Source of the DNA: Bilabrum cf. latius | Taxonomy: Eukaryota | NCBI GenBank assembly: GCA_965178125.1 | Contig: OZ237761.1 | Span: forward strand, 806,001 to 870,000 | Direction of reading: 5' to 3' | Length of the DNA stretch: 64,000 nt | Shown: positions 1 to 12,248 of the stretch, piece by piece | Layout of the letters: every line of letters starts with the position of its first letter | Position numbering within the stretch: position 1 is the stretch's first letter | Translations under genes and position numbers: made by a program | Notes under the pieces: model-generated | What the model was told of the DNA's origin: nothing | The model's input: only the letters and a program-made list of their open reading frames with translations | Databases searched by the model: none

Positions 1-207
1 GCCTCTGGCGCAGCTAGAGCAGAATAAACAAGTACCACAGCACAAGTCAACGCGCGCGCAACGGACATGGTTGAAAAATTGGTCGAGGCGAGCACGTGTA
101 AATCCGTGTAAATCGGAGCCGCGCTGTTCAAAAGCACACGTAACCACGACTGTTCGGGCATTTTGTCTGCAACTGCGCACATAGCTCGCCGTAGATAGAT
201 TGCAGCC

Positions 208-1920
208 ATGTCCAAGGTTTCAGATGCCTCAGCATCACTCTCATCGCGTGGGTCAAAGGCAATGAAACCGGCCCTCTCCTATTTTAAGTAGTTCTTGGAG
301 GCAACCATGGCCGGTCTTCACTCTGGCGACTCGGATGCTGCCTCAAGCGATGGTTATGTGGTGCTTTCTGTAGCCGAAAATAAGATGAGTTTTAGCCCGC
401 TTCGGGCGAAGCTGGAAGATCACGGTGCTGTCCCCGAATCGGCAGCTCAATACACCAACATGCGGGGTGTGGATCGCTTCCGCGACGCAGTAGCTGCAAC
501 CATGGAGCGCACATGCTTGAAAGGGGCTACAGTAGACCCAAATTGCCTGTGTGTGCAGGCTGGTTGCGGTGCCCTCGTGAGCACGTTGATCACTTTGCTT
601 GCAGAGGATGGAGACGCGGTGATCACTCCGAGCCCCGCGTACCCTGCCTTCGATAACGACGTCTCAGTGCTGGCGGGGGCGCACCTCGAGCACGCCCCCA
701 TGGTGGTGCCAGGGGTATGGACTCCCAGCCCCTCGTCCTCCCCCGCGGAGCAGTCCGAGGGCAACCCGGCCGGGGACTCTGTCAGTGACTGGAGCAGCCT
801 GCTCTCCGTCTCGGCGCTGGAGGCAGCGGCCAGGAGGGCGGAGGGCGCGGGGCACAGGCCCAGGGTGCTTCTGCTAGCGCATCCAAACAACCCCATGGGG
901 CTGATCACACCCCCCGAGCAGGTGCTCGCGGCCATTCGGTGGGCCAGGGGCAGGGCCATGCACGTCATTAGCGACGAGATATACGCCAACTCGGTCCACA
1001 CCCCGGGGATAGCTGGAGTGGGTGCTAGTGGAGACACAGGTGATAAAAAGGGTGCAGGGGCAGGGGCCGCCGCTGGACCCAAGAGCGGCGCTCCCGTGCC
1101 CGTGGGTGCAGCCTCCTTCACGTCAGCGCTGCAGATGCTGCACGACGAGGCCGAGGCCGGGGCTGCTGGTGCTGCGGGTAGTGAGGAGGGGGAGGCGGCA
1201 AGCGGGGCGCTGGGCCCCCTTGGTCTGGACGTGCACGTGCTGTGGGGTTTCAGCAAGGATTTCGCGCTGTCAGGGTACAGGGTGGGCGCCCTGCTGACGC
1301 ACAACCCCGCGCTGCTGCAGGCCCTGGACAACGTGTCCTACTTTGCTGCGGTCTCGAACGATACGCAGCACCGGCTGGCTGCTTGTCTGGAGGACCCTGC
1401 CTTCACTGATGGGTACTTGGATGGGTGTAGGCGAGACGTCCGCGGGAACTGCGAGGCGCTGTCTACCGAGCTGCAGGCCGCAGGGATCCCTTTCGTGGCG
1501 CCTCGGGCGGGGCTGTTCGCTGTGGTCGACCTGAGGGCCCTACTGCCTCTGCCCGCGGCTGCAGGTGCAGCTGCGGGGGATGGGGGGGTGTAGGAGGAGA
1601 AGGAGGGGGGGCCTGCAGGCGGGTCCTCTGCCGATGGCAGTGCCAGTGGAACAGGCAGCAGCGGTAGCAGTGGGCTGCTGCCAGCTGCAGCCTACCGCGG
1701 GGAGCGCATGCTGCAGGACCGGGTGTTCTCCGACTGCAAGGTGGTGCTCACACCGGGAGAAGCCATGCATGCGCCTGTGCCCGGCCTGTTCCGGGCTTGC
1801 TTCGCCTGGATGCCGCCTGCGAGCATCCGGGCAGGTGTGCGTCGGCTGGGAGAGCTCAAGAAAGTGATCTAGGAAGAAAAGGCAGCCGGCACGTGGGTGG
1901 TGCCAGAAGCTGCTGATTGA
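208..1920 (+). CDS. PLP-dependent class I aminotransferase, ACC-synthase-like (ACCS family)
   Basis: ATG 208 to TGA 1918-1920 in one frame, with TAG at 289, 1591 and 1870. Motifs LSVAENK, HPNNPMG, HVISDEIY and WGFSKDFALSGYRVG; the C-terminal VVLTPGEAMHAPVPGLFRACFA motif lies after TAG 1591. Confidence 0.88.
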
Positions 1921-2231
1921 CCGGTCGGACCAGTAGGTATGGTGATTTGTTACGAGCAGACAAGCTTCCTGCTATTTTGGCTGATTTTTCTGACGGCCTG
2001 GAGAGCCGGTGTCCACCGGCGCGTGATTGCATGGTTAGGCCTAGTCGATTCCTGATATTATGTGTAACCTGTCAGAATCCGATGCCCAGCCACACAGCAT
2101 TGCCTGCGCCTGACTCGTTGCGTAAGCACGAACGGCACCACCGTCTCCGATGGGGTCCTTGAGTGGCAGTACAATGCGCTGCATCCAAGCTACCTGACTT
2201 TATCCCCCTGTCACAATCGGCATCCGAAGCA

Positions 2232-3404
2232 TCAAGTCCCAGTCTTTTCCCCTGCTGCTCCAGAGCCTCGCTTGATGGCCGCCAGCCTCCTTCGCATGTC
2301 CCAGTCCTGCCCTCTGTCCAGCACAACATCCACGTCAGTTGCACCACGCACTGTGCTTGGCATCGGTCGGTTGCTATTCGCTGTTCCCTCCCCAACCCCA
2401 TACCCGTGCCCCCCCTCGCCCACCTCTCGCTCCAGCCCCCTCCCACTGGCACTGGCAGTCCCAACAGACTCAGCCAGCTCCCGCACCTTGCGGGCAGCGG
2501 CATCTGCATGCGCCCTCACGATCCCCACCGCGCTCACGTCCATCGAGTTACTCCCCTTGTTCCCCGCGAGCCTCGCCAAAAACCCGGGGCACAGGCGGGG
2601 GGCCAGCGCGTCGAACAGGAGCGCGCCCAGGTCGACTGCCAGGACGAGCACAGCCGTCGCACCTTGCACTCCCGCCGCCAGCCCAGCAGTCCAACCCCCT
2701 GTCAGAAAGACCATGGTCTGCAGGGTCATGCTGAATCCGACCCCCGAGCTCACGGCGATAGAGGGGGCCACGGCCTCCCTGAAGATGAGCGCGTTGAGCG
2801 CCCTCTCCTCCACCCTCTCCTCCCCCCTGCCACTGCCACCGGGGCTTCTCGACGAAAGCGAGCCGCCCCCCGCGACCTTGGCTGCTTCGGAGACGCCAAA
2901 CGTCAAGAACTGTCGCGTCGCGCGCGCAAGCTGCGGCGCGTCGATCCACCACCGGATGTCGTGTGGTATTCTCATCGCGTGTGAGAGGGCGAGCGATGCC
3001 GCAATTGTAGCGGACAACATGCTGATCGTGGCAGTGCCATCCGTAGATTTCAATCCATCTTGGCTTAGTACCACTTGTTCTGCAAGCCCTGAGAGTGCGC
3101 ACAAGGCCAGCACTAGGCGTGGCGAAAGCAAACAGAGAAGGCCTACGAACCCCAACTTCCCAAACAGAGGAACGGACCGAATCGCGTCCATATCACCAAT
3201 CGGGTGACCAAACAAACCAAACGCTAATTCCAATAGGCACAGCGAACCGCCGCCAAATCGTTCAACCAGTCCGCTGCTAAACAGGCAGAATCCGAGCAAA
3301 TACACTCGAGGCATGTACAGCTGAGCCAGTAACGACGTCGCGACCACCACAGTGGGCTACCCGAATATCTGTGCTGAAATACTGTAGGTCGCACATGATG
3401 CCAT
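2232..3404 (-). CDS. Multi-pass membrane protein of unknown function
   Basis: ORF 2232-3350 extended through TAG 3357 to ATG 3404; several hydrophobic segments; ends in TGA. Start is uncertain. Confidence 0.5.
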
Positions 3405-3566
3405 GCTTGTGTGAGCCTCATCGCCACGAACACAAACTTTGAAATCGAAGACTCGGAGTGTTGCACTCTCTCCACAATCCGGTGTGGATACGGCTAATCA
3501 CTCCACAGTAGCTCCCGCGCGCTGAATGAAAGCGCCAGGCTTGTTGAATTTTCTTGCAATGTTGCA

Positions 3567-4871
3567 ATGAGTGCGCTGGACTGGGGCCTGGACCCGCGAA
3601 CATGGGTAAGGTGTTTGAATGGTGGCGTTCGGTCTCGCGATTCACTCGGGTATACAAGCAGATCACGAACAAAATTTCGTCTGTTAACCTTTCTCACAGG
3701 CAGTCGTTCCTGTATTAGTCGCGGAATTGTCGGCATGTGTACCTGATCCGTCTGTTGATGTTCTGCTAGATCCAGATGGAAGACCGCTGCTGGATGTCGA
3801 GGTTTGCGGCGTCGTGGATTCGGCCAAGGAGGCAACATCGTACCGTGAGGCTACGCCATTCCAGCAGGACTGTACAAGCACCAGCTCTATCTCCTCCCCT
3901 CATCTGCGCCGTCCTGCACTTGACAGCGCCCAGCCCCCTCCGCAGAGCAGCTCGAGCTCAACGACGGCACGGGCCTCGTCACGGTGACTACATTCCGCGA
4001 GCAGCAGGGCGCCCGCCTCTCGCTGCCCCACGTCCTGCCAGGCGACATCGTGCTTGCCAGGGGCAGGGCGGGGCGCAGGTACAGGGCGCATGCAGAGGAC
4101 CCCGCGCGGCTGCAGGTGAGCGGCAAGCAGGTGCTCTGCTGGGCAGGAGAGGCGGCTGCTCGGCCCATGGATGCAATGCGGGCGGGGACTGCCCCTGCTC
4201 AAGTGAAACCGGGTGCCGATCACATGACTGTTTCTTTCGAGGCAGTGGGTGGCAGGGAACTAGTCGGGCTAGCAGAGGACGGTGACGGCGTGCTGGCGCG
4301 GCACTGGGAGCGGTGCGTCCGCAAGGAGCGGGAGGGACGGGGGGGGGGCGGGCGTGAGTGGGTGCAGCGCATTGTGGCGCAGTACGGGAAGGAGAAAGCA
4401 CCGTCTGCTGTTGGTGCCGGGGGGCGGGCGCACGGAGCATAGCCGGGCAGTGCCGGCTGGGTCCATGGTGGAGGCGCGGTGGGTGCATCGGAGGGACTCG
4501 CTCCATCGTATGGTGTGACGAACGAGCAGAGCTCCGCGGGATCTAAGGCTGGTGCAGCCTATCGGTTGGAGGGAACGGGTGGCGATGTGGCGGGCAGCAG
4601 TGGCAGCTAGTGGGGGAAGGAGACCGGAGATGCACCCATGTCGAGGTCGAGCCTGCGAGTGTCAACTCTACCATCGTCGTCATCCACGCCAGCCAGCTCT
4701 TCTTCAAATCCCCAGCTGCCTGGCGACGTAGGATCGACTGGGGCGCACCTGGGGAGAACAAGGGGGCACGTGGGGGTCACCGGCGCAGGGACAAGCATTG
4801 CGGCGACATCCGCTGGTGGTGAGGGGGCAGTGCCGTTGGTGGTGACGCAGATAAGCATGGAGCCAGGATGA
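3567..4871 (+). CDS. STN1: CST complex subunit STN1-like OB-fold protein
   Basis: Exons 3567-3605, 3700-3844 and 3946-4871 give MSALDWGLDPRTW-AVVPVLVAEL...VEVCGVV...LELNDGTGLVTV...PGDIVLARGR...ARHWERC, resembling the STN1 WGLDP, DDxTG and HW motifs. TAG at 4440 and 4608; TGA stop. Confidence 0.72.
3606..3699 (+). other. Spliceosomal intron 1 of STN1-like gene
   Basis: GTAAGG...TTTCTCACAG; phase-0 join restores the STN1-like N-terminus. Confidence 0.75.
3845..3945 (+). other. Spliceosomal intron 2 of STN1-like gene
   Basis: GTGAGG...CCCCTCCGCAG; phase-1 join links the VEVCGVV frame to the LELNDGTG frame. Confidence 0.7.
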
Positions 4872-5045
4872 ACTAGATCTAGGCACCAGCATCAATGCTT
4901 GGCGTTGAATGAATTTGTATTGCGTACACTCTATGCAACGCTGTCTGCGATGGCCCGACATGCACTAGGAATCCACCGGGCAGCGCTGCACTTGGCAGAC
5001 CAGATTTTCCGTGTTGCTACAACGGCAGTTCTCACCCGCTGACGT

Positions 5046-6279
5046 TCACTGCGCGCTGCCCTTGCCCTTGCCCTCCCCCACTCGCTTGGTCCTCACGGTC
5101 GTGATCAGCTCGGCGAACTCGGTCTCCGAGATGCTCTCGCTGATGCTCGTCTCGGCCACCACGCCGCGGCACACCCACGCGGGATGGTCGGAACTGCCCT
5201 GCAGACCTGTGATCTGCTGGGTCATGAACGCAGGGAACACGAAGAGAGAGGCCTCCGAGATCCTCAGACGCAGGGTATGGCCGAATGGAGGCAGCTGCCC
5301 GCGAGGGTCCGAGATCACGACCCGAGTTTGGCTCTCCCCTGCTGCCCCCTCTCCCTCTCCCACTCCCACTCCCTCCTGCCTTCCCCCAGTGAGCAGCATG
5401 GTGATGGCCAGCCCCGTGGGAGCCAGGGCCCGCTGCTCAAGAAGGCCCTGTGCCAGTCCGCCGGCCGGCAGTCTCTCGCAGATAGGCCTGATCTGGTCGG
5501 CCCACTCGTCTGCCACGTCGTCCGGCGTGTGCAGACCGACTTGGGCCAGGTACAGCTGCAGAGTCCTGGCGAACAGCGTTGGAAGGCGCTTCTTCGCCCG
5601 GCCCTCTTTGGTGGCAGTGAGCTTTGGCACGATGAGGCCAGTCTCGTCCCTCTCTGCCTCGCCTGCTGTCTCCTCCGGGCGGGACTGGGACTGCCACTCG
5701 ACGAAATCAGACGGAATGTTTCGGATCGGGTCTGGCACGCCACTCTTTGCTGCTTGGACGCGCACTTTAGGAACAATGACGTCGTTGAAGTGCTTCCACA
5801 TGCTTTCCGAATGCTGGATCAGCAGCTGCAGGAGAAAAATGGAGAATTGTGCTGACAGCTGTCACTGGCGGATGGACCACAGGATCAGATTGAAAGCCGT
5901 GGTCAGGCGCATTCAGGAAATATCTTACAGAGTTGAACTCTCCTGAAACAACGGAAGACCCATTCACGTGCATGACTGGAGTGTACCAAGCTCGGCGCGA
6001 CTCGAAGTCCTTCGGGGAGTGCCTCTTTGCAGATTCGACCAAGTAGCTGACGTTCAGCCCGGGAAATACCTGCCGAATTGGAGGCAATGAGTCTTCTACG
6101 GGGACTTGCTCGGTGATCCCAGCCAGGCTCAGGTCACCGGCCTGCACACCATCACTCTACACTTCTACGGAAGCATCCTCGAACAGGTCTGGGTCCATGT
6201 AGTCTCCTGCGTCGCTGCCGTGCACCAGACATGCTGGGATAGTACTAATCAAAATAGATAGAGCGAGTTTTGCAGTCAT
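5046..6279 (-). CDS. Hypothetical secreted protein, possibly a degenerate 2OG-Fe(II) oxygenase-like fold
   Basis: Signal-peptide-like start MTAKLALSILISTIPACLVHG; TAG at 6157; intron 5826-5928 (GTAAGA...TTTCTCCTGCAG); C-terminal VVISDPRG...LFVFPAFM; TGA stop. Confidence 0.5.
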
Positions 6280-6432
6280 GGTGAGCGCCTCCGGATGACA
6301 AGAATGATGTGTCACCGATGCGAGCACGACCACGACAAAGCTGCGCCATCGTGCACTGCAAAACCTCTATTCCCCATCGCAACGTGCCAAATCACCAATC
6401 ACGCGCAATTATCCTGCATTTTGCCAGCATGC

Positions 6433-7710
6433 ATGAATAAAGTTGAGGTATGGCACTCGTGTGCCGCCGCGCTCCTGAGAGGGGGGCGCTTGCGTACTCT
6501 CCGGGTGGGGCATTCACATCCCTCCAATCTGCTCGATTGGCTGTCACTCGCAGCAGCAAGGGCTCTTGCTGATGGAATCATTTCCACCGTGCAAACCGTT
6601 GAATCAGAACCTACTACTGCATTTGAATTACCCAGCGATGACACTATCATTGGAAGAACTGTGTCAAGCCTCGCAAAAAAGTGCAGAGCTGCGCCTTTGC
6701 CTCGTCCAGTAGCCTTGCTGACGACAAGGGCCCGCCAAGAAGTGGGACATTCCCTCCCTGTATTGCAGGCTACTTCGTCATTCGAACCGTTTGTAGCGTC
6801 TATTCCAGGGGTCGGTGTGGCTGGTGCGATTCCTGCTGGTATCCGAGAGGTTGCTGCTCGAGTTGCAAAATCCAGGAGGCGCAACGGAGGTAAAGCAGCC
6901 GCATCGGCAAACTAGCCTATTCGCATTCTCGTTGAGGCTGGTCCTACGCTGACTGGGCCATGGTACGATAGGCATGCCTCTGCCAGCAGCTCCAGCTCCA
7001 TTTCGGGCTCCATCTCCAGCTCCAGCCACAGGGCCCTCCCCCTCCCCGTGGACGTGCTCCTGCTCACCACGGTGCAGCCTGATGAGGAGCAAGCACCGCC
7101 GGCGCCAGCAGCCATTGACACAGAGATGGCCCAGAGCGCCGCGATGAATCAGGGGCAAGGCAAGGGCACCCCGTCCCATAGTCGCGCGTACATCCGGGAT
7201 GAGGACATCGTGCCACGATCCCCGCTGGGGGCATGGGCAGTAGACCCGGAGCGCCTGCTGGGCGCCTCCTCGGCTTCACCACCACGCGATGCATCCGAAG
7301 CATGGCTGCACCACGTGGTCCAGCCATGCTATCCCGCGATCCAGCTGCCATCAGGGCACCCCCTCGCGGTGCCGGGAGGTGCACAGCACCAGCAGCACCA
7401 GCAGCAGCAGCAGGGCATTCCTCTGGACCGGCCCATCTCCGACCAGCTGTGGGGTGCTGTGGGGCAGGGTCTCGTCGCCGGGCTGGGTCCTGCCGCAGCT
7501 GCTTCGGCGATGTCGGATCGCCGATTGGGAGCGAGCAGCCCCATGGTCCAGGACCAGCAGTGCCAATGGGCCTCCTCTGCCTCCGAGCCGGCCGTGGGCA
7601 CGCCCCGCCCGGGGCCGCTGGCACGGGCACAAGCGCGTGCAGCGGCAACGTGGACGTTCCACGCACTAATGACGCGAGAAGGGCAGAAATTGGCCGGTTT
7701 CGTCGATTAA
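6433..7710 (+). CDS. RibD C-terminal / dihydrofolate-reductase-like pyrimidine reductase family protein
   Basis: ARALADGIISTVQTVESEP, then past TAG 6913 RILVEAGPTL...VDVLLLT (family pattern LVEGGPTL...VDELxLT). Ends in TAA 7708-7710. Confidence 0.62.
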
Positions 7711-7885
7711 CCGGGCGCAAGGCGGGGTCGCATTGGGTGGCAAATTCCGGTTTGGGGTGACGAGCGCTTTGGTGTGCGTTTCCGAAACACAAAACGGCTT
7801 GGTTTGCATCAGCTGGGTCGTGTTTCCCGATATAGCTGCATGTTTGCGTATCTATAATATTCGTACTTGATTGCTACTGCTCACA

Positions 7886-10800
7886 ATGGCATCTGGGTGG
7901 TTCAACCAAGGCAAAGGAAGGCTAACAGCCGCTTGTCTGTTAGCCCAACCATTTTTTGGCCGTATGCCGGACAAAGCTGAGGATAGTCCAGTCACTAGAC
8001 TCGACTACGAAAGTGATGTTAATGTGGTAGAGGCGGCAGTACGGCGTGCCGTCGCTACATACGACAGTCCGATGCGTTCAGCAAGAATGTCTACTGTCCC
8101 TGCCACCGAGCTAGCGTTGGGTTCTGTGCTGGACGAAGGTCCACCTGTTGTAGTTCTGCATGCGCATGTCCATGATAATGGCCTCGCACTTGAAACGAGC
8201 GGGATTGGCCACGGAAGGATCGCCCCATTACTTGCACGCAAATCCGCACGCGAGCCGGGACCACTGCAAGCGCTAGTCCGCGGTAAATCATCCGACACTG
8301 CACCTGCTATCTTTATCATGGGACCTTGCAAGTCCTTGACAGTAGCACACATGGTTTGTTCTGCCGGTGTCCCATTCGTGGTCGCTACTGGCTGTGGCGC
8401 CACTCACGCTGTTGGGCCACACACAGTGCGACGCTTCCTGGGTGATTTCTTGCAGTGCGTGCTGTCAAAGCAACCTGGGGGTGTGTCTGCCTTCGAATTC
8501 ATCAAGCACTGTTTCGATACCGCACTCCAAGAAGCAGCAGGCCCAGCCCCACCGGTAGGCACGGAGGCGAGACCAGGGTCGGGCGCAGGGGAGTCTGCAT
8601 CAGCCCTGGCTGGCAGTGGCATCCACCTGGTGACACGTCACACCCCCGAGGTGGTCTCTCTGCTTGCAAGAAAAGGAAGAGAAGGCGACGGAGCAACCCC
8701 GGGCTGCTGCCCGCCCGCCGAGCTTGAGGCGAGAGAGAGAGGCGCCGTGGACCGCATCCGCCTGGGGCTGGCCCCCTTCGGAGCCACGGACCTTCTCGTC
8801 GACAGCCAACTCGACCACCAGCCGTGGTTTGTCCCCAGTCCCCTGCAGCCTTCCAGCGAAAAGGACAGGGCGCGGGAGAGAGACGTCATGCTTACTAACG
8901 CTGAGGGGCTCGCGAACATCTACGGCTATCTCGCGGCTAGCAGTCGGGACTCGGCCGGTCAGCTGGTGGGTGTGCTGGGCTGGCCCCGCACCGGCACAAC
9001 ATCGATCGCGATGGCGATCGCGAGGCATGCCCGGTGGCGGGACCATTTCTCCGGCGGTGTGTTCTTCGTGCCCGTGGGCGACATCTCGGTGGCGGCGTGC
9101 CTGGAGGAGCTGCCTCCTGATGGGGACTTCGAGCCGTGGGAGCTAGAGGCCCAGGAGGAGGCGCTTGGGCTGTGTCCAGCCGAGATGCTTGACCCTGTGC
9201 CAGATGCAAGGCTCGTGGAGGGCAGACCCGAAGGTATGGGGGCCACCGGCAGAAGCAGAAGCAGTAGCCGCGGCGTGAAGGAGACGAGGGGCAGCAGGAG
9301 ATCGTCCGCGGGATCAGCCGGCAGCAATGCCGGGGAGAGGGGGCCTGGAGGGCGCAAAGGCTCAGAAGAGAGTAGGGCCGCCGCTGGGGGGGCGTCTGGG
9401 GCAGCGGGACCATCCAGTGGCAGACCGCCCCCAGACAGTGGGCATGGATCCGACGATTTCCTTGTGCCCGAGGCCCTGCGGCACGCATCCGTCGTCGAGT
9501 CTCCCAGGGTCACGTAGGAAGGGCACAGCAGGCTGTGGCAGGGCAGTGCTGCGAGTAGCGGAGCTTGCGATGACTGCGATGGTGTGCACTCGTCATCAGG
9601 CAGCACCAAGTTGGACTCGAAGCTGACCATAGATCACGCATCAGGCAAGGGATGTGCTTCGGGTGCTGGTGCTGGCTCTGTTGACGGCGCCACCCTCCAC
9701 GATGCTCCGGATTTCTGGCACGAGAAGCGCCACAGGCTGCTTCGAAGACTCAAAGGCTGCATATGCGCGGGTATTCTGAGGCACCTGCACCGACTGCAGA
9801 CTGTCGGTGTGGAGCACATTGCCATCGGAGAGTGGGTCGATCGATACCATCGGATTCGAGCCTGTCGTGCAGCAGGCGAGGTGGGCGAGGAGCTGCAATC
9901 GTGGCAGCACGTCCTCGTGTTGCTCGATGGAATGGACACATGGTGGAGCCCCGCCCTTGCGGTCAAAGCGCGGTAGGCTGCGTTCACAGATGTTTTCGGC
10001 GCATCGGCGAGTGAGGGGGCGATGGCCAGCCGACAGTCCCACTTCAACCCCGAGCTGGAGCGGGACCGGTAGCGCGGTGCGATATCACCCTCGGCTGGGT
10101 CCGATGGCTCCACGGGGACCGACAGCATCGATTCGGACTCCGACTCTGTCTCGTCGTCGGAGAGCGAATCAAGCGGTGAGATGGAATCATCTCGATTCGC
10201 TGACCCTCTGCCGGATGCAGCTGCGGATCCGTCTCGCCTGCCGGTGCTGGAGCTGCTTCTGGGTCTCTTGCAGGGAGGCAGGGAGCGCCGCAAGGTGGGG
10301 GGCACGTCTGTGCTGTACACTGCGAAAGTGGGCAGCTTACTCGGGCAGGGATCCGTGCCACGGTGCGTGGGCGACCCTGAGCACTATCGATACGTGGCCT
10401 GCGGTCTGATGCCGCGGCATGCGCTGCAGCAGGCGGCCGCTCGAGTGGGTGACACAATCCCCGGTGGGTTTCGAGGGACAGCCGATCGCTTGATTGACCC
10501 TCGGCTCGTTGGAGGCAGCTTTGTGAGAACCAATCGGGTGCATTTTCAGCGGATTGGGGGTGACGTGGATCCCTGGGCTCTGGGAGCGGCAGGGGACGGT
10601 CCATTTGCAAACGCCGAGGCTGTAGGCCGGATCCAGGCGGCACTTGGGCACAGCTCACAGAGCTTCACGCGGTTCCGGAGCATGTGCTGCTGTGCCCCTG
10701 TGGCCCTGCGAGCATTGCAGGAGCCCATCAGCGACGGACTGATCGAGTGGTCCAGGGATCTGATGGTGGGCGGCAGCTCGCCGCTGGCTAGCAGAAGCGG

Positions 10801-11917
10801 TCCAGTCCCGTACACGGGCCGGGGCGTTGCAGCACGTGGTAGCTGCCCGTCAGGTGCAGCTGCTGGCAGTGCAGCAGGCCACCGCGCATATATCCCAGAG
10901 GATGACACGGGGTTCTTCATAGACATTAAGAGGAGGCAAACGGAGGTGGTGCGCTGGATGCAGGCCGATGGAGACGTGCACGGGCGCGGGTCTATGACTG
11001 CAGGCCTATTGGCACTGTGGAGACAGGATCTCCGATGCCACACCAGCTTTGGGCGTATCTGGAAGCACGCGATCTAGCACGAGTGGGCATCGCTGGCGAA
11101 GGACCGGGCCAAAGCGGGTGCGCTGCCGCCCAAGCAGCCCCGTCGACGCAAGATCGGCATGGGCGGTGGCGCCATCCAACAGCGGGTGGTTGCGAGGCAC
11201 GTGCTGGAGGGAACAATCTACGAGTGCCAGCGGATTGTCGGCACATCCACCGGGAGCCTCTGGTTTCCTGGATCGGCTGTCAAGGCGATCGACATGGAGT
11301 GCCTCTACAGGTCTGCGATGGCCAATGAAGAGGGAGACCGAGCGCCGGTGGCTGAGATATTCCAGACAAAGGTGCACGTGAAACCGGGCGAGAAGGCTCC
11401 CTACCGCGAGGTGCGGATGGACACATGGAGAGCGTACTGGGCCCAGATTGAACCTACTATGAGGAGGACGGCGAAAATACCTCGGCTGTGGGAGTTACGT
11501 TGTCGCAACCCGGGAGCATTCGCACCTTTCGCCGACGGAGCGACGGCCTCGCAGCTCCTTGCGCATAGCAGCTCTCCAGTCCGTGCAAGAGACGCAGACG
11601 CACGTGCAGCACCGTCTGGCGAGGCGGTCTCAGTGACGCAAGGCATCGTGTTGGTTCGGTTCTCCTCGCAAAGCGGCTGTATTGTGGTGCAGCCTGCAGA
11701 CACGCCGCTCCACGGGGGCGATGAGCTGTACCCGATGCGGCTGGAGCTCAGTGTAGATGGGCTTGTCAGCAATGGAGAGCGGTGGGTACCTCTCCACGAG
11801 GTGCTAGAGAACATGCCGGAGTACTCGCATGTGCAATTCCGGCTAGTGCAAGATGGCACATTAGCAGGTGTCGAGACCATGGATGTCCTAACCGGATTTT
11901 TGCGGCATGGGAAGTGA
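7886..11917 (+). CDS. Large protein with CHAT-like N-terminal domain and degenerate STAND-type P-loop NTPase domain
   Basis: Four supplied ORFs share one frame, joined by TAG at 9515, 9974, 10070 and 11075; TGA stop. VVLHAHVH / FIMGPCKS / AGVPFVVA (CHAT-like), LVGVLGWPRTGTTSIA...HFSGGVFFV (Walker A-like), VLVLLDGMD (Walker B-like). Confidence 0.6.
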
Positions 11918-12248
11918 GCCACCAAAGGTGCTGTTGACTCTGGGGAATGCTTGCTAGCGGCGTTCACCTTTCTCCCAGCTACGCTCGCCGTCACGCCGAC
12001 CCCACCCTTAAGGCCGAGACCTAGACCTTAGTCGTCGGCTGCTCCTCGCTGCTGAAGCCCTTCCGTGCGATCCGAATTCTGGGCGCTGGAAGCGTGTTGC
12101 CCACATTCTTGCTGTCGACTGGTGGGGTCTACCCCTACCGTAGGCTAGCCTGAGGCGGCTTGGGTGCATCTTGGTTTAGATCATCGTTGGCTTGTTTGTG
12201 CAAAAAATCACGCCTTGGTGGTATTCAAAGTCGTCTCTGTCCATCTGA

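Noticed and set aside
7708-7710. Ciliate-type code with TAA also read as Gln
   Set aside because: No internal TAA was seen against dozens of TAG, and reading through this TAA would run into the next gene.
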